Positions 8,264 through 17,859 of a stretch of 64,000 bases of DNA are shown here, piece after piece. This DNA comes from Methanomicrobia archaeon (lineage in GTDB: Archaea > Halobacteriota > Bog-38 > Methanoflorentales > Methanoflorentaceae): NCBI GenBank assembly GCA_015661395.1, contig JACWML010000007.1, positions 29,194-93,193 of the forward strand, read 5' to 3'. The translations under genes and the position numbers were made by a program. Below the pieces are notes generated by a model that was not told where the DNA came from, made no database searches, and saw only the letters and a list, made by a program, of their open reading frames with translations. Position 1 is the first letter of the stretch; the number at the start of each line of letters is the position of its first letter.

Positions 8264-11199
8264 AACATATTAGCCCCCCTTGCTGGAAGCGTAAAGATAA
8301 ACGTCGAGCCTTTTGCTGGCTCTGATTCGACCCATACGCGTCCCCCGTGACGCTCAACTATTTTTTTAACCACAGCAAGTCCGATGCCCGTTCCTGGGTA
8401 GTCCTCGCGCGCGTGCAGGCGTTGAAATACGGCAAAGATCCGTTCTGCGTATTTCATGTCAATACCGATCCCATTATCGCGCACCGAGAACACCCAGTCG
8501 TCTTTCGTTTCCTCTACGCCAACGTGAATCATCGGGGGATCATCGCTCCGGAACTTTATCGCATTGCCTAACAGGTTCTGGAAAAGCTGAACAAGCTGGG
8601 ATTCGTCACCGAACACGGTCGGCAATCGATCATGCGTGACAACTGCTTGGTTCTCTTCTATCGCGACTTCAAGATTCGCAATCGCTGCCGAAAGGGCGCC
8701 ACTCATACTGGTTGGCACGAACGGCTCTCCACGCGTGCCCACACGCGAATACGCTAAAAGGTCATTGATGAGCGTGTGCATTCGTTTCGCGCCTTCGACG
8801 GCAAATGCGATGTATTGGTCAGCGCCAGCGCCAAGTTTTCCTTTGTAGTCCTCCTCAATTAGTTGAATGTAACTCGTTATCATGCGCAGCGGTTCTTGCA
8901 GGTCGTGTGACGTGACGTACGCAAACTGTTCTAGTTCAGCGTTGGATCGTTTTAGATCAGCGAGTGTGCTGTCAAGCTGGCGCTCCATCCGCTTGCGCTC
9001 AGTGATGTTTCGCGCGACTATGAGAAACGCAGCCGGTTGCCCCGAGGCATTTTCAATCACGGAGATATTTGCTTCTATGTCTACCCTTCCTCCATTTTTC
9101 CGGAGCAATTGCGAGTCAGTGCGGACAGTTTCTTTTTTCCCACGACCGGGCACCGTTCTGTCGAAGATAGCTCTGACGAGGAACTTACGTGCATCGGGGA
9201 TCAGCGAACGAAACTCAGGAGGGAAGAGATCCTTGAAGGGCTTCCCTATTATCTCTTCCCTAGATCGCTGGGTGAGATCCATGATGGCTTCATTGCAGTC
9301 GGTAACCGTCTCGTCCAACTCCGCGATCACTATCCCGTCTGCCATAGTTGCGAAGGTGATGCGCAGCTTTGCTTCAGATTCCACCAGTGCCATCTCCGCT
9401 TTCTTGCGCTCCGTAACGTCGCTGCTTATTTCGAGAATAGCGGACGCATTGCCCTTCTCGTCCTTGATCAGAGTCCAGCTGCTCGCGACAGTGACCTGGA
9501 CACCATCGCGCGTTACGTGGATCAGCTCCCCTTCCCACAGTCCGTTCTCCATAAGCTTAGGCCACAGCGCTTCGCGCGATTCAGGGAACCTTGTGCGCAG
9601 CAGCGCGTTCGCGTTTTGACCTTCGGCCTCTTGCTTTGTCCATCCATACAGGCGCTCGGCGCCACGGTTCCAGTACATTACGGCCCCTTCTGGGTCCAAG
9701 GTCACGATGGCATCGTGCGCCCCATCAAGCATAGCCGCCTGCTCTCGCACGGCCTCTTGAGCCGTCTTGAGAGTAGTGATATCAACAATCGAAACCGCAC
9801 TCCTTTTGGTTCCTGGAATCAGTGCTGCCGCCACAAAGACTTCTCTTCGCGTTCCGTCTTTTGTAAGGAGTCTGAGCTCATACTCTTTCGGAGCGCTAGC
9901 CGCATCGCGTCGACGTGCGCGATGATATGTTTTTATCCTCTCAACATCTTCCGGAGCGACGAATTCTGTCCACGGTTTCAGGCCTTCAACTTCGTTCTTA
10001 CGGCAACCGGTGAGCTGCTCAAGTTTGCTATTCACCATAGCAACAGTCATGTCTTCTTCCAGAATAGCCATACCCGCCGATGTGTTCTCAAAAATGGCGC
10101 GGTAGTACGCCTCGCTTTCGAGCAGGGCACGCTCAATTTGTTTGCGGTCACTGATGTCTACGAAGCTCTCGAGCAGGTAAGAGTGTCCCCTGAGCGTAAT
10201 TCTGCTCACTGATTTGAGGATCGGACGGCTCTTCCCGTCTGCCGTAAGCAAAACGCGTTCTGCATTGTCGACGGTTTGCTCGAGATCAGTTATCGGGCAA
10301 CGTCCCACCTCGGCAGGACAGATAAATCGATGGCAGACTGAACCGATAATTGCGTCCTTCGACGCTCCAAAGAGGTGCGCGCCCGCCGTGTTGACATCGA
10401 CAATCGTGTGCGTTATCGGGTCAACAAGCACGATTCCCGCTTGCACTGATTCGATAATCGCTTTTTGCTCGGAGATATCGCGGACTATTGCTGTTGCGAA
10501 CGTGCCCTCTTTCGTTTTCCACGAGGCGAAGCTTGGCTCTGCTGGAAACTCGGTGCCGTCTTTTCTACGCCACAGCATGAAAGACGGCGGCACGTAGGTT
10601 TCACGAGTGCCTAGTGCGGGGAGCATCTTTAAGAAACCAGCTTTGGCAGATTCTGGAAGGATTGCCGTGACTGATTGGCCCGTGATATCATTGGCGGTCC
10701 ATCCGAAGGTTCTTCCGGCAGCATTGTTCCAATAGGTCACGGTGCCCTGCACGTCCATGGAAAAAATGGCGTCCGCCGCCGAATCGGTGACTGCGCGGAA
10801 CCGGTTTTCGCTCTCCTTGAGCTGTACCTCGAAGGCGTGCCTGGCCAACGCCAGTTCAACGTTGGGAAGAAGTGAAGCTGTATCGATCGGCTTCAGTATG
10901 AAGCCGAAAGCGCCCGTTTTCTTGATCTGCTCTTGTGTGGACTCGTCTGCCTGACCCGTCAAGAAGACTACCGGGATTTCAAACTGATCTCTGATCTCGC
11001 GAGCCGTTTCTATCCCATTTTTTTCCCCTTTTAGGAGTATGTCCATAAGAACGAGATTTGGATGCAGCTCCTCAATTGTGCGCAGAGCGGCTTCTCCGGT
11101 TGCGGCCACAGCCGCAGCGTCATAACCGGCGCGCTTAAGGCGCTGCGCAATGTCCATGGCGACGATGGCTTCATCTTCAACGACGAGAATCGTGGTCAT
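8260..11199 (-). CDS. Receiver + five PAS + HisKA/HATPase_c sensor histidine kinase
   Basis: 979 aa. REC (TILVVEDEAIVAMD...LVLMDILL). Five PAS-like segments by eye. H-box YVTSHDLQEPLRMITSYIQLIEEDY. HATPase (LLGNAIKF, DNGIGI, GTGIGLAVVKKIVERHGG). Confidence 0.9.
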   Translation of the reverse strand: MTTILVVEDEAIVAMDIAQRLKRAGYDAAAVAATGEAALRTIEELHPNLVLMDILLKGEKNGIETAREIRDQFEIPVVFLTGQADESTQEQIKKTGAFGFILKPIDTASLLPNVELALARHAFEVQLKESENRFRAVTDSAADAIFSMDVQGTVTYWNNAAGRTFGWTANDITGQSVTAILPESAKAGFLKMLPALGTRETYVPPSFMLWRRKDGTEFPAEPSFASWKTKEGTFATAIVRDISEQKAIIESVQAGIVLVDPITHTIVDVNTAGAHLFGASKDAIIGSVCHRFICPAEVGRCPITDLEQTVDNAERVLLTADGKSRPILKSVSRITLRGHSYLLESFVDISDRKQIERALLESEAYYRAIFENTSAGMAILEEDMTVAMVNSKLEQLTGCRKNEVEGLKPWTEFVAPEDVERIKTYHRARRRDAASAPKEYELRLLTKDGTRREVFVAAALIPGTKRSAVSIVDITTLKTAQEAVREQAAMLDGAHDAIVTLDPEGAVMYWNRGAERLYGWTKQEAEGQNANALLRTRFPESREALWPKLMENGLWEGELIHVTRDGVQVTVASSWTLIKDEKGNASAILEISSDVTERKKAEMALVESEAKLRITFATMADGIVIAELDETVTDCNEAIMDLTQRSREEIIGKPFKDLFPPEFRSLIPDARKFLVRAIFDRTVPGRGKKETVRTDSQLLRKNGGRVDIEANISVIENASGQPAAFLIVARNITERKRMERQLDSTLADLKRSNAELEQFAYVTSHDLQEPLRMITSYIQLIEEDYKGKLGAGADQYIAFAVEGAKRMHTLINDLLAYSRVGTRGEPFVPTSMSGALSAAIANLEVAIEENQAVVTHDRLPTVFGDESQLVQLFQNLLGNAIKFRSDDPPMIHVGVEETKDDWVFSVRDNGIGIDMKYAERIFAVFQRLHAREDYPGTGIGLAVVKKIVERHGGRVWVESEPAKGSTFIFTLPARGANML

Positions 11200-14100
11200 T
11201 CTCTCCCACTCTTCCCAATACGCGCGCCCGCTGGTGTAAATGTGGTGATAAACGTCGTCCCTTTCGTGCGATCGAGCGTGATGGTACCGTCAAGCTGATT
11301 AACGAGCGCAGTCACGAGCTGCATACCCAACGAGTCAGTCGCTCGAAAGTCGAAATTCGGTGGGAGGCCCTCGCCATTGTCGGCAACTGTTAACTCGTAT
11401 GTGCCGTTGATTTGGTGGAGGGTTATGGTAACTTCGCCCGTCGCCCCGTCTGGAAACGCGTGCTTTAACGAGTTTGACACAAGTTCGTTAATGATGAGCG
11501 CGCAGGGGATGGCGGTGTCCACGCCGAACAGGACGTTTTCGACGTCGGTAGTGATCGTGATTGCTCCCGGAGCAACGTTGAACATCCGCAGAAGCTCGTC
11601 GATGATGCTGTCGACGTAATCCCCGAAATCAATCTCCGCTAACGAACCCGAACGGTACAGCTTCTCGTGAATAAGCGCCATTGATCTGATCCGGCTCTGG
11701 CTCTCTTTGAGCATTTCGACCGTTTCTAGCTCAGTAGCTTGCTGAGCTTGTAAGCTGATCAAGCTCGATATCACCTGCATGTTGTTCTTGACCCGGTGAT
11801 GAATCTCCTTGAGAAGCGTCTCCTTCTCCTTGAGGGTTATCCTGATCAACTCATCTGCCTGCAGCTTCGCGATTACCACCCCCACCTCATTGCTGATGGC
11901 GTTGAGCAGCTCCTTCTCGGCCTGAGAGAAGGTGTGGCGTGCAAAACTCCCCACGGTGAGCGCCCCTATCCGCTTATCATAGCGATACAGCGGCACCACA
12001 GCGAGAGACTTAACTCCCAATTCAGCGGCATGAGGCACGCGCAACGCCTCGTGACCGCCGACAAAAAGAGGTTTTCCCTCAACCAGAACACGACCGTATG
12101 CCATATCATCAAGGGGGATGTTCCTGATAGCTTCAAGAGCGATATCGGGAATGCCGGTTGCGTAGCACAGGTTCGCACGGCGGGCGTCATAGTCGTGGAG
12201 ATGGATCGTTCCGACATCGAAGTGCAGCAGTTCGAGAGTCAAATCTGCCACGGTTTTAGCAAACGATTGTACCTGAGTGGCTCGGTTTCCTTCAGTGATA
12301 ATACGGTTGAGTGTCTCTATCGTGTGCGTGCGTTCTTTGACCCTCTCTTCTGCCCGCTTTCGCTCCGTAATATCGACGGCGGCACCGCGTACGCCGACGG
12401 CAGCCCCGTCACGCCTGATCGGCGCGCCAAGGGCTGAAACAGGAAACGTGCGCCCGTCCTTCCGCAGTCCGGTGTATTCCATCAGGCCGACATCGTCGAA
12501 ACTCGTTCTCCGATGAAACACCGTGCGTGCTCGCTCTTTGTCGGCATCTGTGATCAGTTGAAAAATAGACATCCCCGCTTCGAGCTCTTCTTTCGTGTAG
12601 CCGAACATGTCAAAGGCCGTCGCATTCGCGAAGGTGACGCGACCAGTTTCGTCTGCTTCATACACGACTACAGGGAGCGCGTCGGTGATCTCACGGATGC
12701 GTCTTTCGCTCTCTTTAAGCGCCTCATCTGCCTGTAACTTTGCAATGACCGTCCCCACCTCGTTACCAATGGCGATGAGCAGTTCTTTCTCGGCTTGCGA
12801 GAAGGTATGGCGTGTTGCGCTCCCCACGTTGAGTGCTCCAATAATCGCATCTTGAGAATAGAGCGGCACGCTGGCGAGCGAAGCAACCCCAAATGGCGCG
12901 TGGCGCGGCAGGAACGTTGCGTAGTCATCAGCAAAAAGAGGGTCTCCATCGATCAGAATGGCACTATATGGGGCGTCACGATAGGATATCTTCTCAATGG
13001 CATCTCGCGCGGTCTCAGGGGGTCCTTGTGCGTACCGTAATGTGGCGTAGCGAGAGTCCATATCAATGAGGTAGATGCCCCCGATGTCGAAACGCATCAA
13101 TTCACACGCCAACTTCGTCGCTGCCTCTGCAAATGACTGCACATCACTGGTTCTGTTTCCTTCAGTGATAATACGGTTGAGTGTCTCTATCGTGTGCGTG
13201 CGTTCTTTGACCCTCTCTTCTGCCCGCTTTCGCTCCGTAATATCAAGTATGATACCACGCTGCCCGACGATAGCACCGTCTCGTCTCATTTGTACAGCCC
13301 GGATTGAAACAGGAAACGTGCTCCCGTCCTTCCGCAGCCCGGTGTATTCCACCCGGCCGACATCTTCGCCACCCAGTCTCCGATGAAACACCGCGCGTGC
13401 TCGCTCCAAATCGGCGGGCGCGATCAGTTGAAAAATAGATATCCCCGCTTCGAGCTCTTCTTTCGTGTAACCGAACATGTCAAAGGCCGTCGCATTCGCG
13501 AAGGTGACGCGACCAATTGCATCTGTTTCATACACGACTGCCGGAAGCGCGTCGGTGAGCTCACGGATGCGTCTTTCGCTCTCTTCCATTTTTTGATCAG
13601 CACGCTTCTGCTCAGTAACGTTCACGGCGATCCCGCGTATCCCTACCGGAACGCCCTCACGAACGATCACTGAAGCACGTACAGAGACCGGGAACGTACT
13701 CCCATCGCGCCGCAACCCCGGAAGCTCTATCCACTCCGAAGGTTCATCAATTACCGCTTGAGCGATGGATTCGCGTATTTCTTCGTGTTTGTCAGGGGGA
13801 ACGAAGTCATACAGCGTCATTCCCCCTTCGACTTGTTCTTTTGTGTAGCCGAACTCTTTCAGCCCCGCGCGGTTGACAAACGTGAGATTTCCCACCATAT
13901 CGGTTTCAAATATCACCTCGGACAGCGACTCAGTGAGTTCACGGATACGGCGAGCGCTCTCACGCACTTTCTGCTCTGCCCGCTTTAGCTCGGTCATATC
14001 AAGTAGGATACCACGCTGCCCGACGACAGCACCGTCACGCCTCTTCGGCACGCCAAGGGCTGAAACAGGAAATGTGCGCCCGTCCTTCCGCAGTCCGGTG

Positions 14101-14723
14101 TATTCCACCCGGCCGACATCTTCCCCACCCATTCTCCGACGAGACGCCGTGCGTGCTCGCTCCAAATCGGCGGGCACGATCAGTTGAAAAATAGACATCC
14201 CCGCTTCGAGCTCTTCTTTCGTGTAGCCGGACATGTCAGAGGCCGTCGCATTCACGAAGGTGATGCGACCAGTTTCGTCTGCTTCATACACGACTACAGG
14301 GAGCGCGTCGGTGATCTCACGGAGGCGACTGTCAGCGACCCGCGCTTGTCGTTCCTTTCGATACTTTCTTGTTGCCACATCAATCGCAGCGATGAGTTCC
14401 AGCTCATCCAACGGCTCGATGAGAAAACCGTCGGCTTCAGCTGCAATTGCCCGCCGCACCGTCGCCTCGTCAGGGTTGGCGGCAATGAAGATGACCGGAA
14501 TGTCGTGGAGACTCTTGATTTGTTGTGCAACTTCGATCCCATCCGCTTCTCCTTTTAACCTGACATCCATGAGGATGATGTCGGGTCGTAACGCATCTGC
14601 GCGCGTGATCACTTCGTCGGCGGTCGCCGTCAGGGCGATGACGTCGTAGCACATCCGCTGCAATCGATTCTGGATATCCTGCGCACTATTTGGATCATCT
14701 ACAACGAGTATTATGCGTATCAT
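11196..14723 (-). CDS. Receiver-PAS-PAS-PAS-GAF-PAS-GAF sensor kinase with HisKA_2-type (HHRVKNN) phosphoacceptor domain
   Basis: 1175 aa. REC (IRIILVVDDPNSAQ...IILMDVRL). Three near-identical PAS units plus one divergent PAS. Two GAF-like units. H-box EIHHRVKNNMQVISSLISLQ. HATPase (ELVSNSLKHAF, DNGEGLP). Its stop overlaps the next gene's ATG (ATGA). Confidence 0.9.
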   Translation of the reverse strand: MIRIILVVDDPNSAQDIQNRLQRMCYDVIALTATADEVITRADALRPDIILMDVRLKGEADGIEVAQQIKSLHDIPVIFIAANPDEATVRRAIAAEADGFLIEPLDELELIAAIDVATRKYRKERQARVADSRLREITDALPVVVYEADETGRITFVNATASDMSGYTKEELEAGMSIFQLIVPADLERARTASRRRMGGEDVGRVEYTGLRKDGRTFPVSALGVPKRRDGAVVGQRGILLDMTELKRAEQKVRESARRIRELTESLSEVIFETDMVGNLTFVNRAGLKEFGYTKEQVEGGMTLYDFVPPDKHEEIRESIAQAVIDEPSEWIELPGLRRDGSTFPVSVRASVIVREGVPVGIRGIAVNVTEQKRADQKMEESERRIRELTDALPAVVYETDAIGRVTFANATAFDMFGYTKEELEAGISIFQLIAPADLERARAVFHRRLGGEDVGRVEYTGLRKDGSTFPVSIRAVQMRRDGAIVGQRGIILDITERKRAEERVKERTHTIETLNRIITEGNRTSDVQSFAEAATKLACELMRFDIGGIYLIDMDSRYATLRYAQGPPETARDAIEKISYRDAPYSAILIDGDPLFADDYATFLPRHAPFGVASLASVPLYSQDAIIGALNVGSATRHTFSQAEKELLIAIGNEVGTVIAKLQADEALKESERRIREITDALPVVVYEADETGRVTFANATAFDMFGYTKEELEAGMSIFQLITDADKERARTVFHRRTSFDDVGLMEYTGLRKDGRTFPVSALGAPIRRDGAAVGVRGAAVDITERKRAEERVKERTHTIETLNRIITEGNRATQVQSFAKTVADLTLELLHFDVGTIHLHDYDARRANLCYATGIPDIALEAIRNIPLDDMAYGRVLVEGKPLFVGGHEALRVPHAAELGVKSLAVVPLYRYDKRIGALTVGSFARHTFSQAEKELLNAISNEVGVVIAKLQADELIRITLKEKETLLKEIHHRVKNNMQVISSLISLQAQQATELETVEMLKESQSRIRSMALIHEKLYRSGSLAEIDFGDYVDSIIDELLRMFNVAPGAITITTDVENVLFGVDTAIPCALIINELVSNSLKHAFPDGATGEVTITLHQINGTYELTVADNGEGLPPNFDFRATDSLGMQLVTALVNQLDGTITLDRTKGTTFITTFTPAGARIGKSGRE
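11853..13592. repeat. Intragenic tandem duplication of a ~870-bp PAS-GAF coding unit (two copies)
   Basis: Unit boundaries at ...KLQADE (about 11855, 12725 and 13590). A 90-bp stretch, 12285-12374, is identical to 13155-13244 (offset 870). A third copy of the PAS part lies at about 14000-14340 (anchor motif gaaacaggaaa at 12436, 13306 and 14062). Confidence 0.85.
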
Positions 14724-15728
14724 AACGGTGCGTGTCTTTAACGTGCGCAGAAAGAAGATATATCTTATCCTGCTTCTCTCGCGTCTGTGTTGTGGTTTGA
14801 GCTAGTGAGCTCACGCTGGGTGTGGTAAAGCACGCAGATACCGTGCCGAATCGCTTCCCGACAGGTGCGCCGCACGCCGCACTGAGGGTATCCCGCCCCC
14901 CTTTTTTTTGCATCAACGTTTGAACGGACGTTATGAGAAGCCCCATTTGCCTCAATTCGCTCAACTTCTTCTGTTTGAGAGACCGATGTCACAGCACGGT
15001 GTTTTAGTCCTCAAATAGCTAGTAGAAAGGTCAGTCGTAGCTCTTTCTTATCTCACTTGAATGCAGACAGAGTCAAATAGGGAGGATTTCATCAAAAAAG
15101 TGCGCATACTGCTCCAAACTTCTAAACACGGAAAATCTCGGACGCTCTTTTTTATGGCAGAGAAGCACACGCCGCCATTTTGACTCACATTCGTTGTCTT
15201 TTGGAACAACGTGGCGAACAACCCTTTATTGTCCCCGCCGACGACTCCCTCAAATTGCTGATCTTCTTCGGTATTGAGCCATTATCTAGGTGAGGGCGGC
15301 GAAATCCATCCATCACCAGAGCAGTTATTTTTGGACACTTCACACGATAAGTCAGTTAAGCTGGAGTTCACCCGTTTTTCGTGAATCGTTTCCTCGAACG
15401 CGCGATTGGGCTTTCAGAACGCTTTGCCCTCTCGCTGTGCATAATAGTCACCATGGCGGGCCAGATCGTACCTGGGCTTACAACGCAACACGTTCATTAT
15501 CAGCGAAGGCTACAACGTTAGAGAGATGAAACAAGAAGGATCCACGGTAACAGGGCTCAAGCAACAACGGTAACGGGCCTCAGCCAGTCTCTTCAGGAAT
15601 CTCCCTTAACAGCAGAACGGTTCGTTCGTCCGGTAAAGGGCTGAGCGTCTCGCGATAACAAAGACTAAGTGCTATCGCGGTAATTGCTTAGGCGGTGTAG
15701 CCGGTCGTTGGGAGTGAGATACACGGAA

Positions 15729-16532
15729 ATGAAAGAAGATATAGACGTAGACAAGGCCATCCGTCTCGCTGTTTGCTCTGACCAACGAAAAGAAATTCTC
15801 CTCTTAATATGTCGGGACGGGGTGAAATCGCTTCGCGAGCTGCGGGACGAGCTCAAGCTCTCCTCTCCCGCGATTATACACGCGTTGCGAGAGCTCGAAA
15901 GCATTCATTTCATTCGCCAAGATCCAATGAGAAACTACGTATTGACCCCCATCGGCAAGAGTGCTGGACGTAACGTCATCGATTTTCAAGCTGCGATGGC
16001 GGTGCTAATGAAGTATGAAGCATTCTGGCTCGAGCACGACTTAGGTGGGATTCCCGATCATCTATTTGACAGGATCGGGTCGTTACGCGACGCTGCACTT
16101 ATCGCAGGCACCCCCACTGATATTTTTAAAGCTTTGCGTCATTTTGTCGAGCTGTTGCGAGATAGTAAAGTCGTAAAACTGATTTCCCCGTTCTACATTC
16201 AGGACATTGGCGAACTAGTGCTTGAGCAGTTTGCTCGCCAACAACACGTGGCGCTAGTGCTAACTGACGAGGTATCGCACCATTTGATTGACGAAATCGG
16301 TCGAGCACGTTTGAGCAAGGCACGCAGCGAAAACCTCACACTTTATGTGACCAGAGACAATCCCAAACTTGTCCTGGTCGTTGCTGATCCTTTCGTGGCG
16401 CTTGCGCTCTATCGTTCAGACGGTTCATTTGATTATTCCTATACGTTAACAAGCCAAAATAGAGAGGCGATTGCATGGGGGCAAGAATTGTTTGATTATT
16501 ATGTCGCGTCATCAGAGAGCGTGGTTCTGTAG
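15729..16532 (+). CDS. Archaeal winged-helix transcriptional regulator, FilR1-type (paralog 2)
   Basis: MKEDIDVDKAIRLAVCSDQRKEILLLICRDGVKSLRELRDELKLSSPAIIHALRELESIHF...WLEHDLGGIPD...YRSDGSFDYSYTLTSQNREAIAWGQELFDYY. Collinear with the 2490-3341 protein. The ORF extends to a TTG at 15684; I prefer the ATG at 15729. Confidence 0.8.
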   Translation: MKEDIDVDKAIRLAVCSDQRKEILLLICRDGVKSLRELRDELKLSSPAIIHALRELESIHFIRQDPMRNYVLTPIGKSAGRNVIDFQAAMAVLMKYEAFWLEHDLGGIPDHLFDRIGSLRDAALIAGTPTDIFKALRHFVELLRDSKVVKLISPFYIQDIGELVLEQFARQQHVALVLTDEVSHHLIDEIGRARLSKARSENLTLYVTRDNPKLVLVVADPFVALALYRSDGSFDYSYTLTSQNREAIAWGQELFDYYVASSESVVL

Positions 16533-16559
16533 GGAAGGACACTCCCGAAACGGGAGCCA

Positions 16560-17119
16560 TTCTCGGCTTCCGAAAAGCAGACTTAGAAGCGTCTCGCAAC
16601 GAATTTCCGCGCGCTTGCGAAACGATTGGTGGATCGGTCAGCTACGCGAACGGGATCGTCTCGGATCTCTAAAACAACGCGTGCACTTTGGCACCTCAAC
16701 ATATCGAACCTATCAGAGCTCACGACGGACGCTCGTTCAACAATTTCAATTCCTAGAAACGTCGTCATCAACGTCTCGGTGGCCGAGGACGTGTCGATGT
16801 TGAATGTTAATCCTAAAATGCCACAACGGCTATTGACGAACCTTGGCCTAGACGTCTTGCCTGCGATGCCCGCGGGGGAAGCTTAACGAAAAACGCACGG
16901 AAAACGAATGGTACATCGAGATACGTGTGCAAGACCCGGGGCCTCGCATAACAGGGGATCTAAACACGATGTCAATCAAACCCCTTCATATAACAAAGGC
17001 ACGAGGCGTTGGACTGGGCTTGACAGTCTGCAAGCGAGGAACAGAAGCGCATGGCGGACGCATTGTCAGGCACTGCGGGAAGTGGTGCTCGGTTCACGGT
17101 CAGGCTGCCAACGCGTTAA
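16560..17119 (+). pseudogene. Decayed histidine kinase (HisKA/HATPase_c remnants with frameshifts and stops)
   Basis: Kinase boxes are recognisable but split over three frames: N-box-like NVNPKMPQRLLTNLGLDVLPAMPAGEA*, then WYIEIRVQDPGPRI...TKARGVGLGLTVCKRGTEAHGGRI, then GTAGSGARFTVRLPTR* ending at 17119. No continuous ORF. Confidence 0.7.
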
Positions 17120-17150
17120 CGAGACAAAGTAAAAACGAGGAGGTGAACTC

Positions 17151-17528
17151 GTGGGAAAACTGACCATATTGGTTGTCGACGATGACCGAGAGATACTGAG
17201 CAGTTTTATGCAGATCTTAAGTAAGAACGGGTACGGCGTGGAAACTGCAGAAACCGGTCACGAGGCGATTGAGAGATGCAAAAGTGGCTCGTACGATCTT
17301 GCGCTCTTAGATATTAAGCTCCCCGATATGGATGGCACGCAACTGCTCGAGCGGTTGCAGGAAATCGAGCCCAAGATGAGAACTATCATGGTCACAGGCT
17401 ACGCCGGTCTGGACGGCGCTCTGAGATCTCTGATTTTGCACGCGAATGCCTACGTTCAGAAACCAGTCGATCCGGATGAGCTTTTGAAGGTTGTGAGAGC
17501 AACGCTAAATGAACAGCAGATCGAGTAA
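17151..17528 (+). CDS. Stand-alone CheY-like response-regulator receiver
   Basis: GTG start preceded by GAGGAGGTG 6 nt upstream. LTILVVDDDREIL...YDLALLDIKLPDMDGTQLL...IMVTGY...AYVQKP. Confidence 0.85.
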   Translation: MGKLTILVVDDDREILSSFMQILSKNGYGVETAETGHEAIERCKSGSYDLALLDIKLPDMDGTQLLERLQEIEPKMRTIMVTGYAGLDGALRSLILHANAYVQKPVDPDELLKVVRATLNEQQIE

Positions 17529-17859
17529 CTCACCAACCCAATAAGCTATGGCAAAAAACGCCGACGCCACGAGCATGATCAAGGAAGCTAATAGGGAGAA
17601 ATGGGGCGTCACTGTTTTGAGCAGGCGCCTAGTAAGATCGGCATAGTCCTTGAAATAGCGCTCATGTGGTCGGAAAAGGCGTCGAATACGAGATGCCTCT
17701 GGCACGTCCTAACAAAGCGCAGATTGGAAAAACGCGACGGCGGGAACCTTTCGCGGGCATAATTCTAAATTGAAAACAAGGGCGATGAAGGTCTGTTCCA
17801 CAAACAAAAACACAAGAGTCACGCGGCCTCATTCGCAAAAAAATAGACTCGAAGGCACT

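Noticed and set aside
6754-14649. Long plus-strand ORFs opposite the kinase operon (6870-7724, 7749-8240, 8882-9619, 9037-10212, 11796-12437, 14233-14649 and others).
   Set aside because: They are antisense to genes with clear REC, PAS and HATPase motifs. They show no recognisable motifs, and their composition is typical of shadow ORFs in high-GC DNA.
17505-17705. 66-aa minus-strand ORF with one hydrophobic segment, overlapping the 3' end of the receiver gene.
   Set aside because: It overlaps a well-supported gene in convergent orientation, and there is no supporting motif or promoter evidence.
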